64,000 nucleotides of DNA from an uncultured Chloroflexia bacterium (GTDB lineage Bacteria > Chloroflexota > Limnocylindria > Limnocylindrales > CSP1-4). The stretch is from NCBI GenBank assembly GCA_963766735.1, contig CAVYBU010000002.1, forward strand, positions 96,001-160,000, given 5' to 3'. The position numbers and the translations under genes were made by a program. Position 1 is the first letter of the stretch; every line of letters starts with the position of its first letter. Positions 40,282 to 50,532 of this stretch are shown in pieces. The notes beneath the pieces were generated by a model. The model made no database searches. It worked only from the letters and a program-made list of their open reading frames with translations, and had not been told where the DNA came from.

Positions 40282-40543
40282 TCGGCACGGCCAGCCGGCG
40301 GGAGTTCGGCGACGCCATCCACCCGACGGAGTTCCTCCGTCACTCGATGTCGTACCGGCGTCTCCTGACGCGGTTCCGCCCCGTCAGCGCCCCCTGCCGG
40401 GACCGCCTGCTGGATGCCATGGACCCGTTTGCTCGTCGACCTCCATCGCGGCGGTGCCTGCCGGGGCGACAGCTCGCTGGTGCCCGCTCCCGTCGGACGA
40501 GACGGTGACCGGATTCGGCGTATCTCATGGACGCGGGGACGAG

Positions 40544-41113
40544 CTAGGACTTGGTGCCCTGGTTGGCGTCGGCGTCGGTTGCTGTGACGGCGCCCCAGCG
40601 CTCCAGGTGGACCAGCTCTGCGAGCGGCTTGCGCCCACCCTTCCTGTTCGGCCTGGTGAGGATGGCCGGGTCCGCCGGATACCCGAACGAGAGGATGTAC
40701 TCGCAGTGCATGCCCGCGGGGTAGCCGAGGAGCTCACGGGCGAGGTCGAAGTCGTAGACGGTGGCCGGGCAGCTGCCGATGCCCAGGTCCCAGGCGACCA
40801 GCATCATCTGGGCCGCCGCGCCGCCCAGGTCCCAGGTCACGCTGAGCGCCGCATCGGTTGAGCGAGGGTCCGGGGTGACGAGCGCGACGGCCGCCGCGGC
40901 CCCGGCAAGGTGCCCGGCATAGGGCCCAACCTTCGCCAGCTCCCGTCGCCGGTCGGGGTCCTGGATCACGATGAAATCCCAGCGCTGCTGGTTCTTGGAG
41001 CTGTGCGCGCGGCGGCCGGCGGCGAGGATCCGCTCGAGATGGGCCGGCTCCAGAGGGCGCGCGGCGAACTCTCGCACAGCACGCTTGTCGTGGACAGCAT
41101 CCCAGGTGGTCAT
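40544..41113 (-). CDS. Nitroreductase family protein
   Basis: KRAVREF, AHSSKNQQRWDF, LGIGSC, FGYP. Confidence 0.9.
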   Translation of the reverse strand: MTTWDAVHDKRAVREFAARPLEPAHLERILAAGRRAHSSKNQQRWDFIVIQDPDRRRELAKVGPYAGHLAGAAAAVALVTPDPRSTDAALSVTWDLGGAAAQMMLVAWDLGIGSCPATVYDFDLARELLGYPAGMHCEYILSFGYPADPAILTRPNRKGGRKPLAELVHLERWGAVTATDADANQGTKS

Positions 41114-42252
41114 ACGGCGGGCGCTCCTGGCTTGACACTGGCGTTGGGGGCTGGGTCGATCGGGTCGGTGCCGGCGGCGACCGGGACCGCGTCACGCCCG
41201 CGACCGTGGAGGATCTGGCCCAGCGACCGCATGCCGCCAGGCTGCTCGTCCAGGGTGGTCAGCCGCTCGGGTTCGGGGAGGCGGACGGCCGGCACGGCCG
41301 CGGCCAGGGCGGCCGCCTCGGCGGGCTCCAGCGGACCTGCCAGGGCGGTCGCCAGGAACCGGGCAACGGCGCCCCGGTAGGCCGGGAACTCGTACAGCCA
41401 GGAGTGTCGCCCGCCCGCGACGACCATCGTCTCGGTCACCGCGTGTGGCCGGGCGGCGCGCCGAGCGGCTGCCAGCCGCGACAGGTGTGCCACCGGCACC
41501 GCGCCGTCTTCGTCCCCATGGACCAGCATCACCGGGACCTCGATCTCGCGGATGGCCCGCGTCGCACTCACGGACGGGATGGTGTGGCCGCGCGGGCGCA
41601 GGTAGACCCGGGTGGTGAGCCAGGCCAGCGGCCACGCGATGGGGTCGGGGATCGGGAGGCGGGCGAGCCGGAACGTCTGGCGTGTCAGGCGGTATGGGTC
41701 CGCCGGCGTCGCGACGGCGATGACCGCCGCGATGTCCGGGTCGGCTGCGGCGGCGACGAGCGACCCGGCTGCCCCCATCGAGTGGCCGAGGATCGCGACC
41801 CGGGACACCTCGGGGCGGGCGAGCATGGCGGCGACCGCAGCCCGCGCATCGGCGGCGAACTCGCCCACCGACATCGGCAGCGTCTCGGGACCGTTGGCGC
41901 CGTGGCCGCGGACATCGAACGTGAGGACGTGGAACCCTGCCGCGTGCAGGACCTGGGCGTGGGGGAGCGTGCGGTCACGTGCCGACTCCCAGCCGTGGAC
42001 GAGGACCACGCCCGGGGCGCGGGCCGGCCCGGCCGGGATGAACCAGGCGGGCAGGCGAAGGCCGTCCGGCGTTGGGACCTCCAGGGTCTCGTAGGTGAGG
42101 TCCAGGGCGTCCGGCAGCCAGGCCGGCGGGTGCCGGTGCGGGTAGCCGGCCCGCACGCGGTATACGAGTGCAAAGCGGTACGCCAGCGCGAGGGGCAGGG
42201 CGGCGAGCGCGGCGGCAATCCCGGCGCGACGGGCGGTTCGGCGTGGTGTCAT
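41110..42252 (-). CDS. Alpha/beta hydrolase (serine aminopeptidase-like)
   Basis: VHGW, FDVRGHG, GHSMG, VHGDED, GGRH catalytic triad. Confidence 0.88.
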   Translation of the reverse strand: MTPRRTARRAGIAAALAALPLALAYRFALVYRVRAGYPHRHPPAWLPDALDLTYETLEVPTPDGLRLPAWFIPAGPARAPGVVLVHGWESARDRTLPHAQVLHAAGFHVLTFDVRGHGANGPETLPMSVGEFAADARAAVAAMLARPEVSRVAILGHSMGAAGSLVAAAADPDIAAVIAVATPADPYRLTRQTFRLARLPIPDPIAWPLAWLTTRVYLRPRGHTIPSVSATRAIREIEVPVMLVHGDEDGAVPVAHLSRLAAARRAARPHAVTETMVVAGGRHSWLYEFPAYRGAVARFLATALAGPLEPAEAAALAAAVPAVRLPEPERLTTLDEQPGGMRSLGQILHGRGRDAVPVAAGTDPIDPAPNASVKPGAPAV

Positions 42253-42288
42253 CGGCACAATCGGAACCCGGCACGGCGCGCTTGTCAA

Positions 42289-43074
42289 ATGGCGCGGGCT
42301 ACACTCAAGGGCGTGCCCCCCAAGGAACCCCACGCCGTCCTCGGCGTCGAACCCGGTGCCTCTCCGGATGAGATCAAGGCCGCTTGGCGTGCGCTCGCGC
42401 ATCGCCACCACCCGGACCTGACCGGGGACGATCCCGAGAATGCCCTGCGCGCCACGCGCCGCATGGCAGAGATCAACGCGGCCTATGCGGCGCTCACCCG
42501 GGCGGGCGAGACGAATGAGAGCCGGCGTGGGCGGCGAGCGCCCGGCAGCTCACCGGGCGGTTCCACCACGCCCGGTGCTGACCCGGGCCGGGGCACCCGC
42601 GGCAGCCGGGTGGGTGGCCCGCCGCCCCCACCGAGGACGCGTCCGGTCACCGGGCGACTGGACCTCAGCGATACCGTCCGGCCGCGCAACCAGACCACCA
42701 CACCACCGGGCGTCCGCTTCCCACTCACGGGGCAGCCACCGCTCCGCTGGGACCGCTCGTCGCCGGAGTTGCGCGCATCGCAGCCGTCGGGGCCGATGGA
42801 GCGGGACTGGCTCCCCGGCCACGTGCCGCCGGAGCCGCCCACGCTCGAGGAGGCGCTGGAGCTGGAAGTCACGTTCGGCAAGTTCCACGGCCACACGCTG
42901 GGCGAGATCGCCGCCTTCGAGCCGTCCTACATCGACTGGGTGGCCGGAACGGTCACGCGGGACCCGGACCTGGCGATGGCGGCGCGGGTCGTCGCGGAGG
43001 AGCTGGATCGACGGGGGATCCGGAGGCCCCACCGACCGTCGCGCCCGGGCTGGCAGACGAACCCGTACCAGTAG
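42289..43074 (+). CDS. J-domain protein with a C-terminal FGKFHG-type small domain
   Basis: PHAVLGV...AHRHHPD...INAAY J domain; VTFGKFHGHTLGEI...SYIDWV. Confidence 0.82.
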   Translation: MARATLKGVPPKEPHAVLGVEPGASPDEIKAAWRALAHRHHPDLTGDDPENALRATRRMAEINAAYAALTRAGETNESRRGRRAPGSSPGGSTTPGADPGRGTRGSRVGGPPPPPRTRPVTGRLDLSDTVRPRNQTTTPPGVRFPLTGQPPLRWDRSSPELRASQPSGPMERDWLPGHVPPEPPTLEEALELEVTFGKFHGHTLGEIAAFEPSYIDWVAGTVTRDPDLAMAARVVAEELDRRGIRRPHRPSRPGWQTNPYQ

Positions 43075-43146
43075 CTGGGCACGGCCGTCTGGCTCATGGA
43101 GCATCATCGGCCCATGCGTTCGGCGGAAGCCCCGCGCGGACATGAA

Positions 43147-43174
43147 TGCACCCCCGGGAGACGCCGGGGGTGCA
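43147..43174. terminator. Strong hairpin, likely terminator (U-rich tail on the minus strand)
   Basis: tgcacccccgg / ccgggggtgca perfect 11-bp stem. Confidence 0.6.
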
Positions 43175-43587
43175 GCGAGTTCGATCAGTCCTGCCGCCCC
43201 ACGCCCAGGCCTGCTGGCCGGATCGCCGTGGTTACTCGGCTCGTGGCTGGGAGCCCGGTGCCCCCGTGCCGTCGAGCGTCCCCGACGGCCGGGTAGTCCG
43301 GCCCTCCGGCCCGTGGCCGACGCCCCAGGTTGCCCCGAGTTGTCGTGAGGTCGGCGCGCTTCGAACGCAGAGCCAACGTACGGGCACGGTGGTGGAGCCA
43401 CTATGGGTCGCGTGTACGGGTTCCCATGGTGGCGATGGTCAGGCGCACCGCGGCACCGCCCGGACCATCGACGAAACCCCCCGGCGACCATCGGACCCCG
43501 TAGGTACTTCTCCCCATCGGGTATCGCGGCGATCTCATGGAACGTCGTTCGCGGCGCATTCCCGGCACCGCCGGTACGCTCAGGCCG

Positions 43588-44172
43588 ATGTCACGAACAG
43601 GCCTCCTCGCCACCGCGCTCCTGCTGGCGATCATCGTCGCGGCATGCGGATCGGCCATCCGCATTGTCAGCTTCGATCCCGCCTCACCATGCACCACCGA
43701 CGGTCGGCAGCCGGGCGCGTACCCGGACCTCGAGGCGGTCGTGCCCACCACCTATGAGGGCGAGGCGCCCGACAGCGTGGACTCCGGGCGGAGCTGCACG
43801 CCAGGCGCGCTCGGCACGCTGGCGGCGCGCGGGATCGAGGAGCTGCGGTTCGCAGGAGCGACGTGGGGGCTTGGTGGGACGAGCGGGCTGACCGTCGCCG
43901 CCTTTGAGGCCGATCGGCTGGACGCGGCGGCCATGATCGAGTTCTACGAGGAGGGCGCCAGGAGCAACCGCAAGACCGAGAAGATGCAGGCGTCGGACAC
44001 GACGGCCGCTGGACGGCCGGCGAGGCGTCTCGACGTGCTCCAGTCGGACGGCGCCTACCAGACGATCGTCGCGTGGCCATCGGGGATCGACGGGCGGGTG
44101 ATGGTCCTGCTGGCCGCGGACCTCGGCGACACGAAGGTCGCGGCCGCGGTGGAGGAGTTCGCTGCGCCCTGA
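43588..44172 (+). CDS. Putative lipoprotein
   Basis: Lipobox VAACG; TACGCT -10-like box just upstream. Confidence 0.72.
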   Translation: MSRTGLLATALLLAIIVAACGSAIRIVSFDPASPCTTDGRQPGAYPDLEAVVPTTYEGEAPDSVDSGRSCTPGALGTLAARGIEELRFAGATWGLGGTSGLTVAAFEADRLDAAAMIEFYEEGARSNRKTEKMQASDTTAAGRPARRLDVLQSDGAYQTIVAWPSGIDGRVMVLLAADLGDTKVAAAVEEFAAP

Positions 44173-44206
44173 TGTCGTCCGGGGCGCGTGCTAGAGTCGG
44201 CCGACG

Positions 44207-45997
44207 ATGAGCGACCGAGCCGACGCCTGGGCCGAACGGCGGCAAGCCTGGCGGATCGAGCGTCTCAACCCCGCGCTAGCGCGCCTGCCGGAGCGCAGCG
44301 ACCGCTTCGTGACGCTGGGCGACATCCCCGTCGAGGGCCTGTACGGCCCGTGGGACTGGGACCCGGCCGAAGACCCCACGGGTGCTGGTGAGCCGGCCGG
44401 CCCCGGCGGCCCCACCGCGCTGGACCACCTCGGCAGACCGCTTCGTGACGGTGGCGGCCGATACGTCGACTTCCAGCCGGCGCGCGACATCGGTCTGCCC
44501 GGCGAACCCCCGTTCACGCGCGGCGTCCACCCCACCGGCTACCGCTCCCGCCCCTGGACCATGCGTATGTTCGCCGGGTTCGGCAGCGCCGAGGACACCA
44601 ACGCCCGGTTCCGCCAGCTGCTCGACGCCGGCCAGACCGGTCTCTCGATCGCCTACGACATGCCCACCTTGTACGGCTACGACACCGACGACGCGGAGGC
44701 CGAGGGCGAGTTCGGCACCTGCGGCGTGGCCGTCAGCAGCCTCGCGGACATGGAGGTCCTGGTGTCGGGCCTGCCGCTGGACCGGGTCAGCACCTCGATG
44801 ACGATCAACGCCCCGGCCGCGCCGATCTGGGCGATGTACATCGCGGCAGCCGAGAAGAAGGGCGTCCCGCGGGCGCGCCTCGAGGGCACGACCCAGAACG
44901 ACATCCTCAAGGAGTACGTCGCCCAGAAGGAGTTCCTGTACCCGCCCGCGCCGTCGATGCGACTGGTCACCGACACGATCGAGTTCGGGACGCGGGAGAT
45001 GCCGCGCTGGAACACGGTCTCGATCAGCGGCTACCACATCCGCGAGGCGGGTTCGACCGCCGTCCAGGAGCTGGCATTCACGATCGCCGACGGCATGGCG
45101 TACGTGGAGGCTGCCCTCGCCCGCGGCCTTGCCGTGGACGACTTCGCCCCGCGCCTCTCGTTCTTCTTCAACAGCCACAGCGACTTCTTCGAGGAGATCG
45201 CGAAGTTCCGTGCCTCGCGCAGGATCTGGTGGAAGCTGATGACAGAGCGCTACGGGGCCACGGAGGAACGGTCCGCCTGGATGCGCTTCCACACCCAGAC
45301 GGCGGGCGTGTCGCTCACGCCCCAGCAGCCGCTCAACAACCTGACCCGGGTGGCCACCCAGGCGTTGGCCGCGATCCTCGGCGGGACGCAGAGCCTGCAC
45401 ACCGATGCCTACGACGAGGCCCTCGCTGTGCCCACCGCCGAAGCCGCCCTGCTTGCCCTGCGCCAGCAGCAGATCCTGGCCGAGGAGACGGGCGTGGCCT
45501 CCACGGTGGACCCGCTGGGCGGCTCCTGGTTCGTGGAGTCCCTGACCAACCGGGTCGAGCGCGAGGTCTGGCGCTACCTGGACGAGATCGATGCCCGTGG
45601 CGGCATGGTCGCGGCCATCGCGGAGGGGTACCCGCAACGGGAGATCGCGGACGCCGCCTACCGCTACCAGCGCGAGTTCGACGCGGGGGAACGGATCGTG
45701 GTGGGTGTGAACCGCTTCCAGAACGCGGAACCGATCCGCGTGCCAGTCCTCCAGGTGCCGGAAGGATCGCAGGAGCGGCACCTTGCCCGGCTGGAGCGGA
45801 CGCGGGCGGAGCGCGACGCGGGCGCGGTCTCGGCGGCGCTGGCAGGTCTGCGCGATGCGGCGTCGCGGCCGGAGTCCAGCGAGACGAACCTGATGCCGCA
45901 TTTCCTGCGGTGCGCAGAGGCCTACGCGACGCTCGGCGAGCAGTGCCGGGTGCTGCGCGATGTCTTTGGGGAGTACCGCGAGCCGGTTTCGGTCTAG
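44207..45997 (+). CDS. icmA: B12-dependent acyl-CoA mutase large subunit, isobutyryl-CoA mutase type
   Basis: [37 protein letters not shown]; no B12-binding domain. Confidence 0.85.
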   Translation: MSDRADAWAERRQAWRIERLNPALARLPERSDRFVTLGDIPVEGLYGPWDWDPAEDPTGAGEPAGPGGPTALDHLGRPLRDGGGRYVDFQPARDIGLPGEPPFTRGVHPTGYRSRPWTMRMFAGFGSAEDTNARFRQLLDAGQTGLSIAYDMPTLYGYDTDDAEAEGEFGTCGVAVSSLADMEVLVSGLPLDRVSTSMTINAPAAPIWAMYIAAAEKKGVPRARLEGTTQNDILKEYVAQKEFLYPPAPSMRLVTDTIEFGTREMPRWNTVSISGYHIREAGSTAVQELAFTIADGMAYVEAALARGLAVDDFAPRLSFFFNSHSDFFEEIAKFRASRRIWWKLMTERYGATEERSAWMRFHTQTAGVSLTPQQPLNNLTRVATQALAAILGGTQSLHTDAYDEALAVPTAEAALLALRQQQILAEETGVASTVDPLGGSWFVESLTNRVEREVWRYLDEIDARGGMVAAIAEGYPQREIADAAYRYQREFDAGERIVVGVNRFQNAEPIRVPVLQVPEGSQERHLARLERTRAERDAGAVSAALAGLRDAASRPESSETNLMPHFLRCAEAYATLGEQCRVLRDVFGEYREPVSV

Positions 45998-46019
45998 CCG
46001 TGCGCGGTACGATGCTGGC

Positions 46020-46505
46020 ATGTATCTCGACGCCCTCTCCTTTCTCGAAGACGAGCGCGACGCCTTTCGCGCCTACCAAGAGCTCGACGCGCTGAACGAC
46101 GAGCAGCTGGACATCCCGGTCGCCGCCGCCGGCGGCTGGTCCGGCCGGGACCTCATGGGCCACGTGATCCTGTGGCAGGAGGCGGCCCTGGCCACGGCGA
46201 AGGAGCTTGCCCTGGGGGACCGGAGCCCGACGATGGAACGCCTCGAGGCCCAATGGGCTTCCGCGCCGGACGCCGGCGACGCCATCAACGAGGAGGGCCT
46301 GGCCCGCTTCCGCGCGATGCCGATCGCCGAGGTTCGCGAGCGCTTCCGCACCGTCTCCGGCGAGCTGCGCGGCTACTTGACGGTGGTGCCGGAGTCGCGC
46401 TGGATCAAGCACTCGACGCACCAGGAGTACTTCTTCGGCGAGACCACCGAGCACTACCAGGAGCACCAGAAGGAGCTCCGGGCGATCCTCGAGGCCGTCT
46501 CCTGA
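46020..46505 (+). CDS. DinB/ClbS-like four-helix-bundle protein
   Basis: GWSGRDLMGHV and HYQEH metal-binding histidines. Confidence 0.75.
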   Translation: MYLDALSFLEDERDAFRAYQELDALNDEQLDIPVAAAGGWSGRDLMGHVILWQEAALATAKELALGDRSPTMERLEAQWASAPDAGDAINEEGLARFRAMPIAEVRERFRTVSGELRGYLTVVPESRWIKHSTHQEYFFGETTEHYQEHQKELRAILEAVS

Positions 46506-46927
46506 GCGGGCCGGAGGGTAACGGCCACCTGCCCGAGTTCGGCGAGGACGAGGCCGACGAGGATCAGCCGCTCGACGCCGTCGAAGCCGCGGAGGGCGCC
46601 GCCGCCGCCGATGAGGAGGCGGACGAGACCCTGGACGAGCGGGTAGAGGCGGTGATCGAGGAAATGGACGGCGTCACCCGGGAGCGGGACGGCGAGTCGA
46701 TCTCCTATGCCGCCGGCGGCCGCGTGTTCGCGGTCCTGATGCCGGATCTCCTCGAGGTGGCGCTGGATCCGGCAATCGCGACGGCCGCGCTGCGCACGCC
46801 CGACACGCAGGCTTCGTCCCGGGGCAAGGGGTGGATCGCGTTCACGCCGGACGGGATCGACCGGTTCGCGCTGGACCGTGCGGACTCGTGGGTGCGGCTC
46901 GCCCACCGTCGCGCGACGGGCGGCTGA
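46502..46927 (+). CDS. Hypothetical protein with acidic N-terminus (YjbR/MmcQ-like fold possible)
   Basis: YAAGGRVFA...GKGWIAF...WVRLA; start uncertain (CTG overlapping the upstream TGA). Confidence 0.6.
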   Translation: MSGPEGNGHLPEFGEDEADEDQPLDAVEAAEGAAAADEEADETLDERVEAVIEEMDGVTRERDGESISYAAGGRVFAVLMPDLLEVALDPAIATAALRTPDTQASSRGKGWIAFTPDGIDRFALDRADSWVRLAHRRATGG

Positions 46928-47023
46928 TCGAGGCAGCGGATCGCGGCGCCGCACATGGAACGACCCCGGTTGGTGACCGGGGTCGTGATGTGTCTGCGGG
47001 TCCGGGTGAGCCGGACCTGAGGC

Positions 47024-47365
47024 TCAGACCTTCGGCGCCACGAGCGTGGAGAGGTCGAACGCCTGCTCGAGCTGGTCGAGCGGCCGGAACCCGACGACGC
47101 CCTGCGGCTGGGAGCCGGGCTTGAAGTAGGCGATGGTCGGGATGCTCATGATCCCGTACTTCTGTGAGAGGCCCGGGTTGGCGTCCACGTCCACCTTGAC
47201 CACGTCCACGACGCCGTCGTACTTCTCCGCGAGCTTGACCATCTCGGGCGCGACCATCTTGCACGGCCCGCACCAGGCGGCCCAGAAGTCGACCACGACC
47301 GGCTTGTCGCTGTTGATCACCAGTGCGTCGAACGTCTCGTCCGTTGCGTTCCTGATTTCCGCCAT
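47024..47365 (-). CDS. trxA: Thioredoxin
   Basis: DFWAAWCGPCK and SIPT motifs; AAAGGAG RBS. Confidence 0.95.
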   Translation of the reverse strand: MAEIRNATDETFDALVINSDKPVVVDFWAAWCGPCKMVAPEMVKLAEKYDGVVDVVKVDVDANPGLSQKYGIMSIPTIAYFKPGSQPQGVVGFRPLDQLEQAFDLSTLVAPKV

Positions 47366-47412
47366 GGGGCGGCTCCTTTCTCCCGCGCGAGCGGCGGGAC
47401 CAGTCCGGCCCG

Positions 47413-47709
47413 TCAGCGGGCGATGGCCTGAAGTAGCTGGCAAGCCTCGAGAACCCGGGGGTCCGCGAGGCGGTAGTAGATCGTGTTCCCGTCCCGGCGA
47501 GCCGTGACGAGACCCGCCGAGCGCAGCACCGCAAGGTGCTGGCTCATGTTCGGGACCTGACAGCTGACCCGCGACGCGAGGTCGCCCACGGAGACCTCGC
47601 CCGAGGCAAGGGACTCCAGGACGCACAGGCGTTTGGGGTCCGCGAGGGCTCGCGCGACGACGGCGGAGCGCCGGCGCTCGTCCTGGGTGGTGGCGGTCAG
47701 GTCGATCAC
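47413..47709 (-). CDS. ArsR/SmtB family regulator
   Basis: ALADPKRL, SQHLAVLRSAGLV, IYY motifs; three Cys. Confidence 0.9.
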   Translation of the reverse strand: MIDLTATTQDERRRSAVVARALADPKRLCVLESLASGEVSVGDLASRVSCQVPNMSQHLAVLRSAGLVTARRDGNTIYYRLADPRVLEACQLLQAIAR

Positions 47710-47808
47710 GGGCCAAGTGTCTCACTTATTGCGCAACAACGCAAGTGGGGGTTTGTGGCGGCGTCCCGATGCGCGGCGAGCCGCGTCCCGGAGACGCATA
47801 CTCGCCGG

Positions 47809-48825
47809 ATGAGCGAGAGTCCTGTCACCGTGGCCGGCATCCGCGCGACGCGGGCGACCCTGGCCGGGCGAGTCCACCACACGCCGATGCTGTCGTCGAT
47901 GACGGCCGCCGGGGTGGCCGGAGTCGCGGTCGGGGAGCGGCTCGGAGACGGTCGCCTCTACCTCAAGGCCGAGCACCTCCAGAAGACGGGGTCATTCAAA
48001 CCACGGGCCGCCTTCGCCCGCCTCTCGTCGCTGGGCGAGGACGAGCGGAGCCGGGGCGCGATCACGATCAGCGCGGGGAACGCCGGCCAGGCCTACGCAT
48101 GGGCAGGGCGCGAGCTGGGCGTGCCGGTGACCGTGGTGATGCCCGAGGGTGCCGTCGCGTCCAAGGTGGCGGCCTGTCTCGAATACGGTGCGGAGGTCGT
48201 GCTCCGCGGCACACACGTCGGAGAGTCGCTGGAGCACCTGCAGCTGATCCGCGAGGAGCGCGGCCTGGTGCTCGTGCACCCGTACGACGATCCGGAGGTC
48301 CTGCTCGGCAACGGCTCGTGCGGCCTGGAGATTCTCGAGGACCTGCCGGACGTGGATGTCGTCGTGGTCCCCGTTGGCGGCGGCGGGCTGATGGGTGGCG
48401 TCACAGTGGCCCTCATGGAGAGCCGCCCCCGGGTTCGCGTCTACGGCGTTGAGCCCATGGGATCGGACGCGCTGCGACAGGCGGTTGCGGCAGGGATGCC
48501 GGTTCCGGTGACGCCGGTGAGCGTCGCGGACGGCCTCGGTGCGCCAATCGCGGGCCGCCTCGCCACCGACATCGCCAGGCGCTACCTGGAGGACGTGGTC
48601 GTCATCGACGATGCCACGATCCTGGTGGGGCTCCGGTTCTCCGTGGAGCGGCTCAAGCAGGTTGTGGAGCCCGCGGGTGCCGCGGCGCTTGCCGCCGTCC
48701 TGGCTGGAGCGATCCCGCTCCGCGGGGGTGACCGTGTCTGCGTGATCCTCTCGGGTGGCAACGTGGCGGTGGAGCGCCTGGGCGACCTGCTCGCCAGCGC
48801 CTTGCCGCCGCCCGTGCAGCGCTGA
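47809..48825 (+). CDS. Threonine/serine dehydratase family PLP enzyme
   Basis: LKAEHLQKTGSFK, SAGN, PVGGGGL, VEPAGAA, SGGN. Confidence 0.9.
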   Translation: MSESPVTVAGIRATRATLAGRVHHTPMLSSMTAAGVAGVAVGERLGDGRLYLKAEHLQKTGSFKPRAAFARLSSLGEDERSRGAITISAGNAGQAYAWAGRELGVPVTVVMPEGAVASKVAACLEYGAEVVLRGTHVGESLEHLQLIREERGLVLVHPYDDPEVLLGNGSCGLEILEDLPDVDVVVVPVGGGGLMGGVTVALMESRPRVRVYGVEPMGSDALRQAVAAGMPVPVTPVSVADGLGAPIAGRLATDIARRYLEDVVVIDDATILVGLRFSVERLKQVVEPAGAAALAAVLAGAIPLRGGDRVCVILSGGNVAVERLGDLLASALPPPVQR

Positions 48826-48867
48826 TGACCGGCCCGGGGGCGCCGCGGGGGCGCCGCGGGCGGCGCG

Positions 48868-50085
48868 TTGCCACCTGGCCTCCCGCCGGCGCCGCGCAGT
48901 CCCGGCCCTGCTGCCGGCGCCCGCCCCATCTTCGACGGCACATTCGTCGGCCCGATGCTCCCGCCGCTGCCTCCAGCTCCGCCGCCACCAGGACCCGGCT
49001 GGATCCCGGCCTACCCGGGACCGCCCTTCGCGCCGCCCCCAACACCACCCCCGCCGACCGACGCGGTCCTGGCGATCCCGCTCACCATCCGCGGCCTGGT
49101 CAAGGAGTCGCTGGACATGCTCACGCGCTCGGACAGCGGGCTGCGTGGGGCGTCCTTCTACATCGGGTTCATCATGCTGGTGACGGTCGGCCCGCTGCTC
49201 GCCCTGCTCGCCCTTGTGATCGCCGGCCAGGGGGAGGCAGTCTTCGGTTCCATGCCCGCCACCGGCTCCACCTTCGATCCCGAGCCGGCAGATCTGGCCT
49301 GGGCGGGATGGATCGCCCTCGCGGCCATCCCGGGCATGCTCGGCTACATCGCCGCAACCGTCGAGGCGCGGACGCTGGCCACGGCCGTCATCGGGGCGCG
49401 GGCGGAAGGGCGGCCACTGCGGCTCACCGAATCCATCGCGCTCGCCCGCAAGGGGTTCTGGCCGGTCCTGGGCCTCCAGGTCCTCGTGGCGATCATCTCG
49501 TCGTTCGCCGCCCTGGTCGTCTCGATGGCCGTCCTGTTCGTCCTCGGGCCGGTCGAGCCCATCAGCTACGGCCTTCAGCTGGCGCTCGGCCTGCTCATCG
49601 GGACGCCCGTCGTCTACGTGCCGGCCGCCGTCGTCCTGGGCGGGACGGGCATCACGGAGTCGCTACGCCGCTCCTTCCGCCTGGTTCGCGCGCGGAAGAG
49701 GCTGGCGATCGTCGTCACGCTGTTCGGGCTCATCTCGCAGTTTGTCGTGCTGTTCGGACTGTCCGCGGGTCTGGACGCCGTCGCGCGCTTCATCGTCGGG
49801 ACCGGGCTAACCGAGAGCTTTCCACCACCGCTGGCGGTGCCCATCGCGGCAGCCTTCGTGTTCGCGATCGGCACCCTGGTGTTCCTGGTGGAGGCGATTG
49901 CCGCGGCGCCGCCGGTCTACGCGTTCATCGCCCTGACGCAGTACACGTTCGGCCTGGAAGCCGGCCGGCAGTCTCCGGTCAGGCTGCGGCACTCCTGGGA
50001 CCCGTGGCTGACCCCGGGGCTGGCGCTCGTTGCGTTCCTGGCGATGCTGGCGCTCCTCGGCGGGGTCCTGTCGCTGTCTGGTTGA
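48868..50085 (+). CDS. Integral membrane protein with Pro-rich N-terminus
   Basis: About 8 TM segments; true start may be ATG 48825 with a +1 error. Confidence 0.7.
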   Translation: MPPGLPPAPRSPGPAAGARPIFDGTFVGPMLPPLPPAPPPPGPGWIPAYPGPPFAPPPTPPPPTDAVLAIPLTIRGLVKESLDMLTRSDSGLRGASFYIGFIMLVTVGPLLALLALVIAGQGEAVFGSMPATGSTFDPEPADLAWAGWIALAAIPGMLGYIAATVEARTLATAVIGARAEGRPLRLTESIALARKGFWPVLGLQVLVAIISSFAALVVSMAVLFVLGPVEPISYGLQLALGLLIGTPVVYVPAAVVLGGTGITESLRRSFRLVRARKRLAIVVTLFGLISQFVVLFGLSAGLDAVARFIVGTGLTESFPPPLAVPIAAAFVFAIGTLVFLVEAIAAAPPVYAFIALTQYTFGLEAGRQSPVRLRHSWDPWLTPGLALVAFLAMLALLGGVLSLSG

Positions 50086-50091
50086 GGTGCC

Positions 50092-50511
50092 TCAGTCGAT
50101 CCCGAGCTGGGCCAGCCGGTCCTCGTCCTCGATTCCCAGGTGGTGCGCGAGCTCGTGGAGGATCGTGATCCGCACCTCGTCCGCAAGGTCCTCGGGATCC
50201 GGGAAGTCTTCCTCGAGCGGCAGCCGGAAGATGATGATCCGGGTCGGCACGGGGACCGAGTCGCCGCCCCACTCGCCCAGGGGCACGCCCTCGTAGAGAC
50301 CGTAGAGAGTCTCATCCAGCTTGAGGCCGTTCTCGCGCAGCTGCTCCGGTGAGGGCTCGTCCGCGATGACCAGCGCGATCCCGTCCAGCGCCGCGCGGAA
50401 CGGGTTGGGGATGCCGGCGACGGCGCGGTCCACCAGGCGGTCGAACCGCTCGTGGTGCCCGGGGCGCGCGTGGCGGCCGGTGCGGGCGGATCCTCGACGG
50501 CGCTTGGTCAT
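50092..50511 (-). CDS. Minimal zincin (Zincin_1) metallopeptidase
   Basis: LYGLYEGVPL, IIIFRLP, HELAHHLG. Confidence 0.88.
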   Translation of the reverse strand: MTKRRRGSARTGRHARPGHHERFDRLVDRAVAGIPNPFRAALDGIALVIADEPSPEQLRENGLKLDETLYGLYEGVPLGEWGGDSVPVPTRIIIFRLPLEEDFPDPEDLADEVRITILHELAHHLGIEDEDRLAQLGID

Positions 50512-50532
50512 GGCACGGGTATCGTAGCCGCG

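Noticed and set aside
40340-40528. 62-aa minus-strand ORF after the nitroreductase
   Set aside because: Arg-rich, weak codon bias and no recognisable motif; may be a fragment but cannot be supported.
48836-48860. 11-bp duplication gggggcgccgc as the cause of the frameshift
   Set aside because: Removing 11 bp does not restore the frame from ATG 48825; removing 1 bp does.
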